Positions 63,520 through 64,000 of a DNA stretch of 64,000 bases are shown here, one piece after another. Each line of letters starts with the position of its first letter. Within the stretch, counting starts at the first letter, position 1. Both the position numbers and the translations under genes were made by a program. Source of the stretch: Phycisphaerae bacterium (GTDB lineage Bacteria; Planctomycetota; Phycisphaerae; UBA1845; PWPN01); NCBI GenBank assembly GCA_012729395.1, contig JAAYDF010000334.1, positions 1,714-65,713 of the forward strand, read 5' to 3'. The notes under the pieces are model-generated. The model was not told where the DNA came from. It saw only the letters and a list, made by a program, of their open reading frames with translations, and made no database searches.

Positions 63520-64000
63520 TCAAGGCGGCGAGCCGGACGATGCCGAGCGAGATTCCAGAGCCTGCGTGTCCGCGTCGATCATCAGGCGGACAAGATCCCG
63601 GAAACGGGTGCCGGGCTGCCAACCAAGCCGCTCGCGGGCCTTCGAGGCGTCGCCGACCAGCAGATCCACCTCCGCCGGGCGGTAGTAGCGCTCGTCCGTC
63701 CGAACGTACTCTCGCCAATCAAGATCCACGCAGGAGAAGGCCTCATCCAGGAACTCGCGCACCGAGTGCGTCTCACCCGTCGCAATCACGTAGTCGTCAG
63801 GCTCATCCTGTTGCAGCATGAGCCACATCGCCTCGACATACTCACGGGCATAGCCCCAATCGCGCTTCGCGTCCAGGTTGCCGAGATACAGCGCGTCGTC
63901 AAGGCCCGCCTTGATCCGGGCCGCACCCCGCGTGATCTTGCGAGTCACGAAGGTCTCGCCGCGGCGAGGCGATTCGTGGTTGAACAGAATGCCGTTGCAG
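63520..64000 (-). CDS. gmd: GDP-mannose 4,6-dehydratase (C-terminal part; gene runs off the window end)
   Basis: Reading back from 64000 gives [25 protein letters not shown]...[27 protein letters not shown], the canonical GMD blocks. Confidence 0.9.
   Translation of the reverse strand, partial: CNGILFNHESPRRGETFVTRKITRGAARIKAGLDDALYLGNLDAKRDWGYAREYVEAMWLMLQQDEPDDYVIATGETHSVREFLDEAFSCVDLDWREYVRTDERYYRPAEVDLLVGDASKARERLGWQPGTRFRDLVRLMIDADTQALESRSASSGSPP

Noticed and set aside
1-64000. tRNA, rRNA, prophage, integrase, or defence islands (RM, TA, CBASS, retron and similar)
   Set aside because: Intergenic regions showed no tRNA-like T-arm or acceptor sequences or rRNA segments on reading. There are no integrase, recombinase, reverse transcriptase or cas-like ORFs. 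The only nuclease-fold candidate is the GxxExxY gene, reported separately.

Overview
GC-rich (about 65-70% by eye, not computed) bacterial chromosomal segment. Gene content and repeat types suggest Planctomycetota, but that is inference only. I support about 55 protein genes. Most are housekeeping: rex, der, fxsA, hslVU, yidD, mutM, bioA, purH, mreBC, a znuACB-type metal uptake operon, ftsY, nusB, ribH and a partial gmd. There are also two histidine kinases, a sigma-54 activator, a MacB-type ABC exporter, and several carbohydrate-active or secreted proteins (GH10, a heparinase II/III-like protein, a dockerin protein). I found no rRNA, tRNA, CRISPR/cas, integrase or prophage genes. Many long ORFs in the six-frame track are antisense shadows caused by high GC content. 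The main feature of the window is dense colonisation by at least seven short repeat families. These are REP hairpins, REPIN doublets, about 95-125 bp MITE-like elements, a 149-bp TIR element with a 9-bp target duplication, and minisatellites with 15-, 20- and 8-bp periods. They fill most intergenic gaps and repeatedly provide start codons, stop codons or C-terminal tails of host genes. Headline finding: purH is an uninterrupted 842-codon ORF carrying an insertion of about 750 bp that is in frame and on the same strand. The insertion is a complete IS200-like Y1 (RAYT-type) transposase core flanked by two direct REP hairpins and one inverted REP hairpin. It sits in a loop just upstream of the AICAR transformylase core. 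Gene starts are best guesses from RBS and homology reasoning. No computations or database searches were run.
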